A stretch of 64,000 nucleotides of DNA, from the NCBI GenBank assembly GCA_900555615.1, contig USMB01000001.1:470-64469 (forward strand). The letters are read 5' to 3'. This stretch comes from an uncultured Clostridium sp. (GTDB lineage: Bacteria > Bacillota > Clostridia > TANB77 > CAG-508). The translations under genes were made by a program, and so were the position numbers. Shown here piece after piece: positions 9,565 through 21,237 of the stretch. The notes beneath the pieces were generated by a model that searched no databases, was not told where the DNA came from, and saw nothing but the letters and a program-made list of their open reading frames with translations. Each line of letters opens with the position of its first letter. The first letter of the stretch is position 1.

Positions 9565-10587
9565 GTGTTAGATGAAAGAAAAAAAAGAGTATTACAAGCA
9601 ATTGTTGAGGCATATATTCAAACCGCAGAACCTGTTAGCTCTAATGCGATAATGAATTTAGAAGGATTAGAATGCAGTAGTGCTACAATAAGAAATGAAA
9701 TGGCAGAACTAGAAAAAATGGGTTACTTAGAAAAACCACATACTTCAGCAGGAAGAATTCCATCAGCTAAAGGATATAGATATTATGTAGATGAGCTTTT
9801 GAATGATGATAAAATCACATTAGATGAAATAAAATATATAAGTGATAAACTAGAAACAAAAGTTAATGAGATGGAAGAAATAACTAAAATAGCATCAAGT
9901 ACAATATCAGAAATAACACATTATACCACAGTATCAATAGGACCAAGTTCAGATGTACAAAAAATAGAAAGTATAAAATTTGTACTATTAAGTCCTAGAA
10001 TGATGATGGCCGTTATTTTAACAGATTCAGGTTTAGTAAAAGAAACAATAATAAAATTTGATGAAGATATAACAGAAAATCAAGTTCAAACATTAAGCTA
10101 TATGTTTAATAATAAACTAAAAGGTGAACCAATCACAAAAATTGATAGGCCTTTAGAAAAATATTTAGTAGAAGAAATGAGCTATAGTGTTAATTTGATA
10201 AAACCAATTATTGAGCAAATGAGAAAAGTAGTTGAAGAAGAAAGTGTACATTTAGAAGGTGCAAATAAGTTATTTGAATTGCCTGAATTTAATAGCTTAG
10301 AAGTGGCTAAAAATTTTGTTAATATATTAGATGAAAAAGAATTAATGGCAGATATGTTAAGCACAGGGTTTGCCAAGGATATCAATGTTTATATTGGTGA
10401 AGAAAATGAAAAAGAAGAATTAAAAGATTTCAGTATAGTAACTTTCAAGCATAGAATAGGAAATAAAGATTTGGGAACAATTGGAATAATAGGCCCCAAA
10501 AGAATGGATTATGCAAAAGTTATTTCTGTAATGAAATATATTAGTAAAAAATTAAATGGAGATGACAACAAAGAAGATAAAAGTTAG
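9565..10587 (+). CDS. hrcA: heat-inducible transcription repressor HrcA
   Basis: N-terminal wHTH (RKKRVLQAIVEAYIQTAEPVSS) and position as first gene of hrcA-grpE-dnaK-dnaJ; GTG start after GAGGAGG. Confidence 0.93.
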   Translation: MLDERKKRVLQAIVEAYIQTAEPVSSNAIMNLEGLECSSATIRNEMAELEKMGYLEKPHTSAGRIPSAKGYRYYVDELLNDDKITLDEIKYISDKLETKVNEMEEITKIASSTISEITHYTTVSIGPSSDVQKIESIKFVLLSPRMMMAVILTDSGLVKETIIKFDEDITENQVQTLSYMFNNKLKGEPITKIDRPLEKYLVEEMSYSVNLIKPIIEQMRKVVEEESVHLEGANKLFELPEFNSLEVAKNFVNILDEKELMADMLSTGFAKDINVYIGEENEKEELKDFSIVTFKHRIGNKDLGTIGIIGPKRMDYAKVISVMKYISKKLNGDDNKEDKS

Positions 10588-10606
10588 AATAGAAAGAAGG
10601 TAAATT

Positions 10607-11128
10607 ATGGATAAAGAAGAAAAAAATGAACAAGCTGAAAAAAATAAAGAAGAAAAAGCAAAAAATGTACAAGAAGAAAAGAAAAATGACTGCATAATAG
10701 ATCCAAAGCAACAAGAATTAGACGAATTGAATGACAGATATAAAAGAGTTTTAGCAGAATTCGAAAATTACAAGAAAAGAAGCGGTAAAGAACGAGAAAC
10801 AATGTATAATTCTATTTTAGGTGATGTTGTTGAAATGTTTTTACCAATAGTAGATAATCTTGAAAATGCTTTAAAAGTAGAAACACAAGATACTGAATAC
10901 AAAAAAGGTGTTGAACTAGTGTTAAAGCAATTTAAAGATATTCTAAAATCTAAAGGAGTTGAAGAAATTCCAGCACTTGGAGAAACATTTGATCCAAGTT
11001 TACACGAGGCAGTAAGCAGTGTGCAAGACCCTGACAAAAATGCCAAGGAAATTGTACAAGAATACAGAAAAGGCTATAAAATAGGAAGCAAAGTTATAAG
11101 ACATTCTATGGTTGTAGTAGCTAATTAG
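10607..11128 (+). CDS. grpE: nucleotide exchange factor GrpE
   Basis: Charged coiled N-terminus, RVLAEFENYKKR motif, C-terminal beta domain; operon position. Confidence 0.93.
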   Translation: MDKEEKNEQAEKNKEEKAKNVQEEKKNDCIIDPKQQELDELNDRYKRVLAEFENYKKRSGKERETMYNSILGDVVEMFLPIVDNLENALKVETQDTEYKKGVELVLKQFKDILKSKGVEEIPALGETFDPSLHEAVSSVQDPDKNAKEIVQEYRKGYKIGSKVIRHSMVVVAN

Positions 11129-11213
11129 CATAAAAATAAACAGTTATTAATTTTAAAAAATATATAAAGTCAGCACACATTAAAATAATAGTAATCACTA
11201 ATTCACAAGGGGA

Positions 11214-11265
11214 GGGGACATATCTTATCTCTAGTGAAAGTGACGGGATGTTAAGATGTGTCCCC
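11214..11265 (+). other. GC-rich 14-bp stem-loop in the grpE-dnaK spacer
   Basis: GGGGACATATCTTA (11214-11227) pairs with TAAGATGTGTCCCC (11252-11265), one G-U pair; no U-tract follows. Confidence 0.6.
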
Positions 11266-11289
11266 TGACAAAAAAGAGAAAGGAAGTAA

Positions 11290-13149
<1,860 letters not shown>

Positions 13150-13252
13150 TAAGATGTAACATTAAAGAGAGGGCGAGTTTTTAAGACTCGCCTAATTTAT
13201 GAAAAGGAGCTAAGTATGAACTTAGAAAAAGTAGTGATGGGAGGTAAGACTT

Positions 13253-14425
13253 ATGGCAAGTAAAAGAGACTATTATGAGGTATTAGGTGTTGATAAAAAT
13301 GCCACAGATGAAGAATTAAAAAAAGCATATAGAAAGCTTGCAAAAAAGTATCATCCAGATGCCAACCCAGATAATAAAGAAGAAGCTGAAGAAAAATTTA
13401 AAGAAGTAAATGAAGCATATGAAACATTATCAGATCCACAAAAAAGAAAAATGTATGACCAATTTGGACCAGATGGTCCTCAAGGATTTAATGGATTCAA
13501 TGGAGCAGGTGGACCATTTGGAAATGGTGGATATTATTCTTATACCTCATCAGGATTTGATGGCTTTTCTGATTTTGGAGATTTAGGAGATATATTTTCT
13601 TCATTTTTTGGTGGAGGGGCAAGAACTGGTGCGAGAGCTCAAACACAAAGAGGACCTAGAAAAGGTGCAGATCTTAATTTAAATATGGAAATTACTTTTG
13701 AAGAAGCTTTTTTAGGAGTTGAAAAAGAAATTTCTATAACAAGACCTGAAACATGTGAGATATGTCATGGAACTGGAGCAAGACCTGGAACTAGTGTAAC
13801 CAAATGTCCTACATGTAATGGAACAGGAACTGTAAGACAAGTTCAAAATACTATATTAGGCCAAGTTCAGACTTCAAGAACATGTACAGCATGTCATGGA
13901 ACTGGTGAAGTAATAAAAGAACCTTGTGATAATTGTAAAGGAAAGGGAACAGTTAGAAAACAAGCTAGAATAAAAGTAAAAATTCCAGCAGGAATAGATG
14001 ATAGTCAGACAGTTGTATTAAGAGGAGAAGGCGAACCAGGTGAAAAAGGAGCGTCAAAAGGAGATTTGTATATAACAATTAAAGTACGTAAGAGCAGTAT
14101 TTTTACAAGACAAGGTACAACTGTAATGTGTGAAGTTCCAATTACAATTACACAGGCAACATTAGGTGCAAATTTAAAAATCCCTATGGTAGATGGAAGT
14201 ACAGAAATGTTTACTATACCAGAAGGAACACAAACTGGAACTAAATTTACAATAAGAGACAGAGGATTTAAATCTTTAAATTCATCTGTTAGAGGAAATT
14301 TTGTATTTACAGTTGTGGTTCAAACGCCAAAAAGATTAAACAGAGAACAAAGAGACTTGTTAGAAAAATTAGCTATTACAATGAATGAACAACCACCAAT
14401 TAAAAAGCGCGGAATATTTGGATAA
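13253..14425 (+). CDS. dnaJ: molecular chaperone DnaJ
   Basis: J-domain with HPD, G/F-rich linker, four CxxCxGxG zinc-finger repeats. Confidence 0.97.
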   Translation: MASKRDYYEVLGVDKNATDEELKKAYRKLAKKYHPDANPDNKEEAEEKFKEVNEAYETLSDPQKRKMYDQFGPDGPQGFNGFNGAGGPFGNGGYYSYTSSGFDGFSDFGDLGDIFSSFFGGGARTGARAQTQRGPRKGADLNLNMEITFEEAFLGVEKEISITRPETCEICHGTGARPGTSVTKCPTCNGTGTVRQVQNTILGQVQTSRTCTACHGTGEVIKEPCDNCKGKGTVRKQARIKVKIPAGIDDSQTVVLRGEGEPGEKGASKGDLYITIKVRKSSIFTRQGTTVMCEVPITITQATLGANLKIPMVDGSTEMFTIPEGTQTGTKFTIRDRGFKSLNSSVRGNFVFTVVVQTPKRLNREQRDLLEKLAITMNEQPPIKKRGIFG

Positions 14426-14460
14426 AATTACCAAAAAAGTAATAAGTTTTACATAAATAC

Positions 14461-14489
14461 TTGCAAAATAATTATTTTTATGGTATAAT
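14461..14489 (+). promoter_or_regulatory. strong sigma-A promoter with extended -10 (TTGCAA-17-TGGTATAAT)
   Basis: TTGCAA at 14461-14466, 17-nt spacer, TGnTATAAT ending at 14489. Confidence 0.7.
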
Positions 14490-14494
14490 TTGTG

Positions 14495-14838
14495 TATCGT
14501 TCGGAAATGAACGGAAGAACATTTAAGAAAAATGGAAAGTCCAAATGGCTAAAGGACCGTTCCATATTTCTTGGAATGAACAGGATGTAGAGGTTCTTAC
14601 CAAGAATGCGTTCCTCAAAAACAATTTCCTCTATCCTGATTGTTCGGCAAAAGACCGAATCGTGACTGTGATTAACAAGACTTCGAAAGAAGTCAAGTAT
14701 GTGGTATTCCAGGGTGAATTTATGGAGGCTATGGAAGCAGCAGGAGGGGAAAACAAAGCGTAAACATTGAATACTCCGCTATGCATTTCAGGCATAGCAT
14801 ACAGAAGAATGGCAAAGAAATTTTGCCATTTTTCTTAT
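14495..14838 (+). ncRNA. structured non-coding RNA of about 340 nt, class not assigned
   Basis: GC-enriched island in an AT-rich genome. Nested stems: 14498-14513; a 16-bp stem 14526-14543/14555-14572; 12 bp CAGGATGTAGAGG/CCTCTATCCTG; TTCGG/CCGAA; GACTTC-GAAA-GAAGTC; GCTATGC/GCATAGC. 5' TGTAT can pair with ATACA just before the intrinsic terminator ATGGCAAAGAAATTTTGCCATTTTTCTT. The overlapping 72-aa ORF has no credible RBS. Confidence 0.6.
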
Positions 14839-14905
14839 GTTAAAAGCTTTTCTTTTTATACATTTTATTGTATAATATAAATTGTTAAAATGGGAGGAAA
14901 GAAAA

Positions 14906-15916
14906 ATGAGTAAAAAAAGAATTGTAACAGGAGATAGACCAACTGGAAGATTACACATTGGTCATTATTTTGGTTCATTAAAAAATAGAGTAAAAATGCA
15001 AAATTCTGGAGAATATGATCAATACATATTGGTAGCAGATGTTCAAGCATTAACAGATAATTTTAATAATCCAGATAAAGTAAGAAAAAATGTAAGAGAA
15101 GTAGTAATGGATTATTTATCAGTAGGAATAGATCCTGAAAAAACAACAATATATATACAATCAATGATACCAGAAGTTGCTGAATTAACAGTATTTTATT
15201 CAAATTTGGTAACAATAGCTAGACTAGAAAGAAATCCAACCGTAAAAACGGAAATAGCTCAAAAGAGGGATTTATTTGGAGAAAGTGTTACATATGGTTT
15301 CTTAGGATATCCTGTAAGTCAAGCAGCTGACATAACAGCTTTAGAGGGAGCAGTTGTTCCAGTAGGAGAAGACCAATTACCACTTATAGAGCAATGTAGA
15401 GAAATAGTAAGAAAATTTAATAGCATATATGGAGAGGTTTTAGTAGAACCAGAGGCTGTTTTATCAAAAGAAAAAAGAATAAAAGGACTTGATGGAAATG
15501 AGAAAATGGGAAAATCATTAGGAAATGCAATCTATTTATCAGATCCAGAAGAAGAAGTTAATAGAAAAGTTATGAGTGCAGTAACAGATCCAAATAGAAT
15601 AAAAAAAGATGATTTAGGAAATCCTGATGTATGTATGGTAGCATATTATCATAATTTATTTACAGAGCCTGATGAATATAAAACAGTGTGTGAAGAATGT
15701 AGAGCAGGAAAAAGAGGATGTGTTGCTTGCAAAAAGCAATTAGCAGCTAATATAAACAAGACATTAGAACCAATAAGACAAAAAAGAAAATATTATGAAG
15801 AAAGGCCAGAATTAGTTGATGAAATACTAATTAAAGGAACAGAGAAAGCTAGAGCAACAGCAAAAGAAACAATGAAAAAAGTAAAAAAAGCAATGAAACT
15901 TGATTATTTCGAATAA
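14906..15916 (+). CDS. trpS: tryptophan--tRNA ligase
   Basis: Class I HIGH (GRLHIGHY) and KMSKS-like (KMGKS) motifs; GGGAGG RBS before the ATG at 14906. Confidence 0.95.
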   Translation: MSKKRIVTGDRPTGRLHIGHYFGSLKNRVKMQNSGEYDQYILVADVQALTDNFNNPDKVRKNVREVVMDYLSVGIDPEKTTIYIQSMIPEVAELTVFYSNLVTIARLERNPTVKTEIAQKRDLFGESVTYGFLGYPVSQAADITALEGAVVPVGEDQLPLIEQCREIVRKFNSIYGEVLVEPEAVLSKEKRIKGLDGNEKMGKSLGNAIYLSDPEEEVNRKVMSAVTDPNRIKKDDLGNPDVCMVAYYHNLFTEPDEYKTVCEECRAGKRGCVACKKQLAANINKTLEPIRQKRKYYEERPELVDEILIKGTEKARATAKETMKKVKKAMKLDYFE

Positions 15917-17200
<1,284 letters not shown>

Positions 17201-17211
17201 GAGATAAAACA

Positions 17212-17655
17212 ATGGAAGATAAAGAATTTAGAATACGTTTAGCAGGAATAGTTCCAATGCAAAATGGTTTTGCATTTATGCATAGAGTAGGAGTTCAAAA
17301 TCATCCTATTGGAGATTATTATACATTTCCAGGAGGAGGACGTGAAGGAGATGAAACTCTTGAAGAAGGAACTATAAGAGAAATAAAAGAAGAGTTCGGA
17401 ATAGATGTTGAAGTAGAAAAATTATTATATAAATTGGAAAATGGTGAACAAAACAAAACAGAATATTTTTTCTTGTGTAAATATGTGGGAGGAGAATTCG
17501 GAACAGGAACAGGTCCAGAATTCTCTGGAGATCCTAAATATGCACATAGAGGAAAATACATACCAGAAATAATAGCAAGAGAAGATGTTGAAAAAATTAC
17601 ATTATTGCCAACAGAAATAAAAGAAAAATTTGTCAAAGATATTAAAAATATGTGA
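17212..17655 (+). CDS. NUDIX hydrolase
   Basis: Nudix box GGGREGDETLEEGTIREIKEEFG. Confidence 0.85.
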   Translation: MEDKEFRIRLAGIVPMQNGFAFMHRVGVQNHPIGDYYTFPGGGREGDETLEEGTIREIKEEFGIDVEVEKLLYKLENGEQNKTEYFFLCKYVGGEFGTGTGPEFSGDPKYAHRGKYIPEIIAREDVEKITLLPTEIKEKFVKDIKNM

Positions 17656-17712
17656 AAATAGGGTCGGTCCTTTTTTTCACAATGCGAAAAAAAGGACCGA
17701 CCCTATTTTCGC
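17652..17712. repeat. palindromic intergenic element (core GGGTCGGTCC / GGACCGACCC)
   Basis: 26-bp arms 17652-17677 / 17687-17712 (GTGAAAATAGGGTCGGTCCTTTTTTT); the left arm contains the NUDIX stop codon. Confidence 0.85.
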
Positions 17713-17726
17713 AGAAAGGAATAAAA

Positions 17727-18587
17727 ATGCAAGAAATATTAGAAGTGTTACAAGATACAGCAATTGATACTATTAAATTATTGCCATTTCTTTTTATAAC
17801 ATATCTGATAATGGAATATATTGAACATAAAACTAGTAATAAAGTAAAAGATGTAATAAAAAAATCAGGAAAATTTGGACCTTTATTAGGTGCAATTGTT
17901 GGAATATTTCCACAATGTGGATTTTCTGTATCTGCTACTAACTTATATGCAGGAAGAGTAATAACACTTGGAACGTTGATTTCAGTATATTTAGCAACAT
18001 CTGATGAAATGTTGCCAATATTATTAACAGAAGCGGTTCCAGCAGGAACAATATTTACAATACTAGGAATAAAGCTAGTCTTAGGAATAGTAGCAGGATT
18101 TATTATAGACTTTGTTATAAGAATGTTTAGAAAAGAAAAAGTAGAAGAGCAAGAAGAAAAAATAGAAGAAATTTGTGAACATGAACATTGCCATTGTGAA
18201 GAAGGAATTGTTACATCAGCAATTAAACACACTTTAAACATTACAATATTCATATTTTTCATAACACTTGTGCTTAACGGAATAATTGCATATATTGGTG
18301 AAGATACTATTGCACACTTTATTAGCAAAAATGTGATATTAGGACCAATAGTAGCAGGCTTAATTGGATTAATTCCAAATTGTGCTTCATCAGTAATTTT
18401 AACAGAATTATTTATAAGTAATGTTATATCTATGCCAGTATTGATATCTGGAGTTGCGGTAAATGCAGGTGTTGGGCTATTAGTATTATTTAAAACAAAT
18501 AAAAATGTAAAAGAAAATATAAAAATAGTAGGAATCTTATATTTAATAGGAGTTTTAGCTGGCATAATTTTAGAACTATTCTTATAA
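17727..18587 (+). CDS. polytopic membrane protein, putative 10-TM heavy-metal exporter (ArsP_2-like)
   Basis: N-terminus LLPFLFITYLIMEYIEHK typical of that family as I recall it; central Cys/His cluster EEICEHEHCHCEEG; start moved to the ATG at 17727 because the track ORF start reads through the repeat element. Confidence 0.55.
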   Translation: MQEILEVLQDTAIDTIKLLPFLFITYLIMEYIEHKTSNKVKDVIKKSGKFGPLLGAIVGIFPQCGFSVSATNLYAGRVITLGTLISVYLATSDEMLPILLTEAVPAGTIFTILGIKLVLGIVAGFIIDFVIRMFRKEKVEEQEEKIEEICEHEHCHCEEGIVTSAIKHTLNITIFIFFITLVLNGIIAYIGEDTIAHFISKNVILGPIVAGLIGLIPNCASSVILTELFISNVISMPVLISGVAVNAGVGLLVLFKTNKNVKENIKIVGILYLIGVLAGIILELFL

Positions 18588-18666
18588 ATTTGTCCAAAAT
18601 ACTTGTAATTTTAGCGATTTTGTAGGATAATATATGTGTATGATTTTATAAATGAAAGGGATAATC

Positions 18667-20988
18667 ATGAAAATAATAGATAAATTTTTGAAAAAGATTA
18701 ATGCAAGTAGAAATACATTTGCAACATATATATTAACACTTATATCATTATATTTAGTAGTAGACAGATTAGTAGAGATGTTATTCATGATATTTACAGG
18801 AGTATCAGTATCATATTGGGGACCATTTAAATATACCTTAGCAATGGCATGTCCAATATTTGCATATTTGTTTTCTCCATCATCAGAATTTGCAATATCT
18901 AAAAATATGAAGGTAACATTATTTTATACATATGTAGTTACTTTGTATATTATTGTAATATCAATGGTAACGCAATGGGTAAATCAAGGTGCATGGTTAT
19001 TTTTAATTTCATTACCAGGTTATACAGAATTAGTAACTAATTTTTCTGAATTGATAAAACCAGCTTTAACAGCATTAGCTGTATATTTCCCACTAGTAAC
19101 TTTTTATGAGGTATTTAAATGGATTAAGTTGGGCGTTGATGACAGCAAAGACCAATTCAGATCAATTTGGGATTATAAAGGAATTAGTTTAGCAGATACT
19201 AAAGCGGGACATGGACCATTTACATGTGATATGTATATGTGTAGTGATTTTGAAAATGGAAATAAAATGGTATTTACCGAAAAATGTAGATATCAATCAT
19301 TATTAGCTTGCGGTGGTTCAGGAACTGGAAAAACATCATTAATATTAGAACCAATGATGGCTAAAGATTTAGAGAAAAAAGCCTTTTATAGAGCAAATGC
19401 AAAAGAGATGGGATATACTGCTTTAAAAACAGGTATTGCAAAATTGAATAGACCATATGATAATGATTATTTAAATGAAAACTTTAATTTAAGCATGATT
19501 ACTCCAACAGAAGGAAGAGAAGATGTGTATAAAGCATATATGAGCAAAATGATACTAGCTTCAATTGGAGATGATATAACTTATAGAGATTTAGGAATAA
19601 CATCAATTTCACCAGATTTCGAATCAACTTCACGAATAATGAATGTATGTAAAAATTATCATATTAAATATAATTTAATAGATCCAGCAAATCCAGATTC
19701 TATTGGATTAAACCCATTTGTATATGATGATGCAACTAAAATTGCTGTTACAATATCATCAGTATTAAAGGGAATGTGTTCAAGTAAAGAACTTGAACAA
19801 GAAGAAGTTTACAGAGAAGAATTTATTATTCAAGCTTTAGAAAATATAACAATTATGTTAAAAGAAATGTATCCAAGATTAAATGGAGGAAATATTCCAA
19901 ATCTTGAAGATATGTTGAAAATGCTTACAAATTTTGATTTAGTTGAAAAAATGTGTGAGATAATGAGACAAGACCAGGAATTAGCTGAAAAATATAGTTC
20001 ACAAATTACTTATTTTAAGAAGAATTTTTATGCTAATAGTGCTGGAAGAGAAGCAACTTCAAAATATATTTATTTGGCAGTTGCTCAATTAGATAATTTA
20101 TTGAGACTACCAGGTGTAAAAACTATTTTGTGTAACAGACATAATAATATTGATTTTGATAAGGCATTAGCAAATGGAGAGGTTACACTAGTTTGTACAC
20201 GTAGAGGAGATTTAGGAAGAACAAGTCACAAAGCATTTGGATTATTCTTTATACTTTCAATGCAAAATGCAGTTTTAAGGAGACCTGGAAATGAAAGTAG
20301 TAGAGTGCCACATTTCTTGTATATAGATGAATTTCCAGACTTTATTTGCAAAGATACTGAAGCAATATTTACATTATATCGTAAATATAAAGTAGGAACA
20401 ACTATTACAGCTCAAAACCTTGCTCAATTAAATGGTGATGCACCAAAAATGAGATATCAAGATACAATCTTATCAAATTGTGCAAGCAAAATATTCATGG
20501 GAGATGCAAGACCTGAAGAGTTAGATTGGTGGGAAAAGGAATTTACAAAGAAAAGAGAATGGCTATATAAGAATAGTATGGATATGGGAAAACTTAAATA
20601 TGATTCAAAATATGGAGACGTGCAATATGGTTGGGCATCATATTTTGCTGCTAATAAATTGGGAACATTAGGTTTTAAATTTGCTGCAGTTAAATTAAAA
20701 ACAGAAGGCGGAGGTTTCTGCGTAGGTGAAGGAAAATTTGATTTCATTGCTGCAAAACATAAAGAAGAACAACCTATGAAGGTATATAATTTTTCTAAGT
20801 TTACACCAGGAGTAGCAACAAGTGACGATTCAAATGATTCTGCAAGACAAAAGTTTGATCCAAAACATATAAATTTTGTGGATGATAGAGATGAAATTAA
20901 TCCAGTTCAAACAGATAATACAGATGCAAACTTTGAATTTGATAATGAAAATGCAATTGTAGTTAATTTTAAAAAAAAGAAAATGTAA
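18667..20988 (+). CDS. TraG/TraD/VirD4-family (type IV coupling protein-like) membrane ATPase
   Basis: About 5 N-terminal TM segments, Walker A GGSGTGKTS, Walker B-like HFLYIDEFPDF, overall T4CP architecture; AAAGGG RBS favours the ATG at 18667 over 18652. Confidence 0.65.
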   Translation: MKIIDKFLKKINASRNTFATYILTLISLYLVVDRLVEMLFMIFTGVSVSYWGPFKYTLAMACPIFAYLFSPSSEFAISKNMKVTLFYTYVVTLYIIVISMVTQWVNQGAWLFLISLPGYTELVTNFSELIKPALTALAVYFPLVTFYEVFKWIKLGVDDSKDQFRSIWDYKGISLADTKAGHGPFTCDMYMCSDFENGNKMVFTEKCRYQSLLACGGSGTGKTSLILEPMMAKDLEKKAFYRANAKEMGYTALKTGIAKLNRPYDNDYLNENFNLSMITPTEGREDVYKAYMSKMILASIGDDITYRDLGITSISPDFESTSRIMNVCKNYHIKYNLIDPANPDSIGLNPFVYDDATKIAVTISSVLKGMCSSKELEQEEVYREEFIIQALENITIMLKEMYPRLNGGNIPNLEDMLKMLTNFDLVEKMCEIMRQDQELAEKYSSQITYFKKNFYANSAGREATSKYIYLAVAQLDNLLRLPGVKTILCNRHNNIDFDKALANGEVTLVCTRRGDLGRTSHKAFGLFFILSMQNAVLRRPGNESSRVPHFLYIDEFPDFICKDTEAIFTLYRKYKVGTTITAQNLAQLNGDAPKMRYQDTILSNCASKIFMGDARPEELDWWEKEFTKKREWLYKNSMDMGKLKYDSKYGDVQYGWASYFAANKLGTLGFKFAAVKLKTEGGGFCVGEGKFDFIAAKHKEEQPMKVYNFSKFTPGVATSDDSNDSARQKFDPKHINFVDDRDEINPVQTDNTDANFEFDNENAIVVNFKKKKM

Positions 20989-20992
20989 AAAA

Positions 20993-21022
20993 TTGACAGG
21001 TTTAATACCTGTCGATTTTTTT
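20993..21022 (+). terminator. intrinsic terminator
   Basis: TTGACAGGT / ACCTGTCGA stem followed by T7. Confidence 0.75.
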
Positions 21023-21191
21023 ACTTATTCATGTTTTATGAACTAACTCTAAATTCAGAAAAAATAAAAGACCCAAATGTAGAAAAAATGAAAAAAATAG
21101 TATAAAAAGTTAAAAGTACAGTAAATATAAATTATAAGATAATATTTGATTCAAAAGATTAAATATTATCTTATTTTTTTAGAAAAAATAA

Positions 21192-21220
21192 TTGACTAAC
21201 ATAAGAAAATATGATATAAA
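21192..21220 (+). promoter_or_regulatory. sigma-A type promoter for tRNA-Glu (TTGACT-17-TATAAA)
   Basis: TTGACT at 21192-21197, 17-nt spacer, TATAAA at 21215-21220; the tRNA begins at 21238. Confidence 0.55.
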
Positions 21221-21237
21221 TGTATAGTAAATTAAAT

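Noticed and set aside
14545-14763. 72-aa ORF as a protein-coding gene
   Set aside because: It has no credible Shine-Dalgarno sequence, its start codon is buried in the loop of a 16-bp hairpin, its codon usage is unlike all neighbouring genes with no third-position bias, and the region is saturated with stable helices.
14495-14838. RNase P RNA (rnpB), suggested by the universal GGAAAGTCC motif at 14534-14542 and ACAGAA near the 3' end
   Set aside because: GGAAAGTCC is locked into a local 16-bp hairpin with GGACCGTTCC. There is no downstream GGACTT-type strand to form the P4 pseudoknot, and the sequence after the motif does not resemble the conserved type A or type B continuation. I consider the motif match coincidental, but a covariance-model scan should confirm this.
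14495-14838. Trp T-box leader for the downstream trpS
   Set aside because: There is no T-box sequence (GGGTGGNACCGCG-like) adjacent to the terminator, no AGAGA/GGTGNRA stem I motifs, and no antiterminator alternative to the terminator. The real T-box upstream of glyQS in this same window shows what one looks like in this genome.
17652-17726. N-terminal extensions containing RKKGPT on track ORFs (17652-18587 and 44433-47228)
   Set aside because: The extensions are translations of the repeat element itself. Proper RBS-start pairs exist downstream, at 17727 and 44484.
17642-18565. 307-aa minus-strand ORF, and similar long antisense ORFs (22929-23459, 34241-34654, 43457-44116, 51058-51480, 62396-62869)
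   Set aside because: All lie fully antisense to well-supported + strand genes, encode low-complexity Ser/Ile/Phe/Asn-rich peptides and lack an RBS. These are typical shadow ORFs of AT-rich coding DNA.
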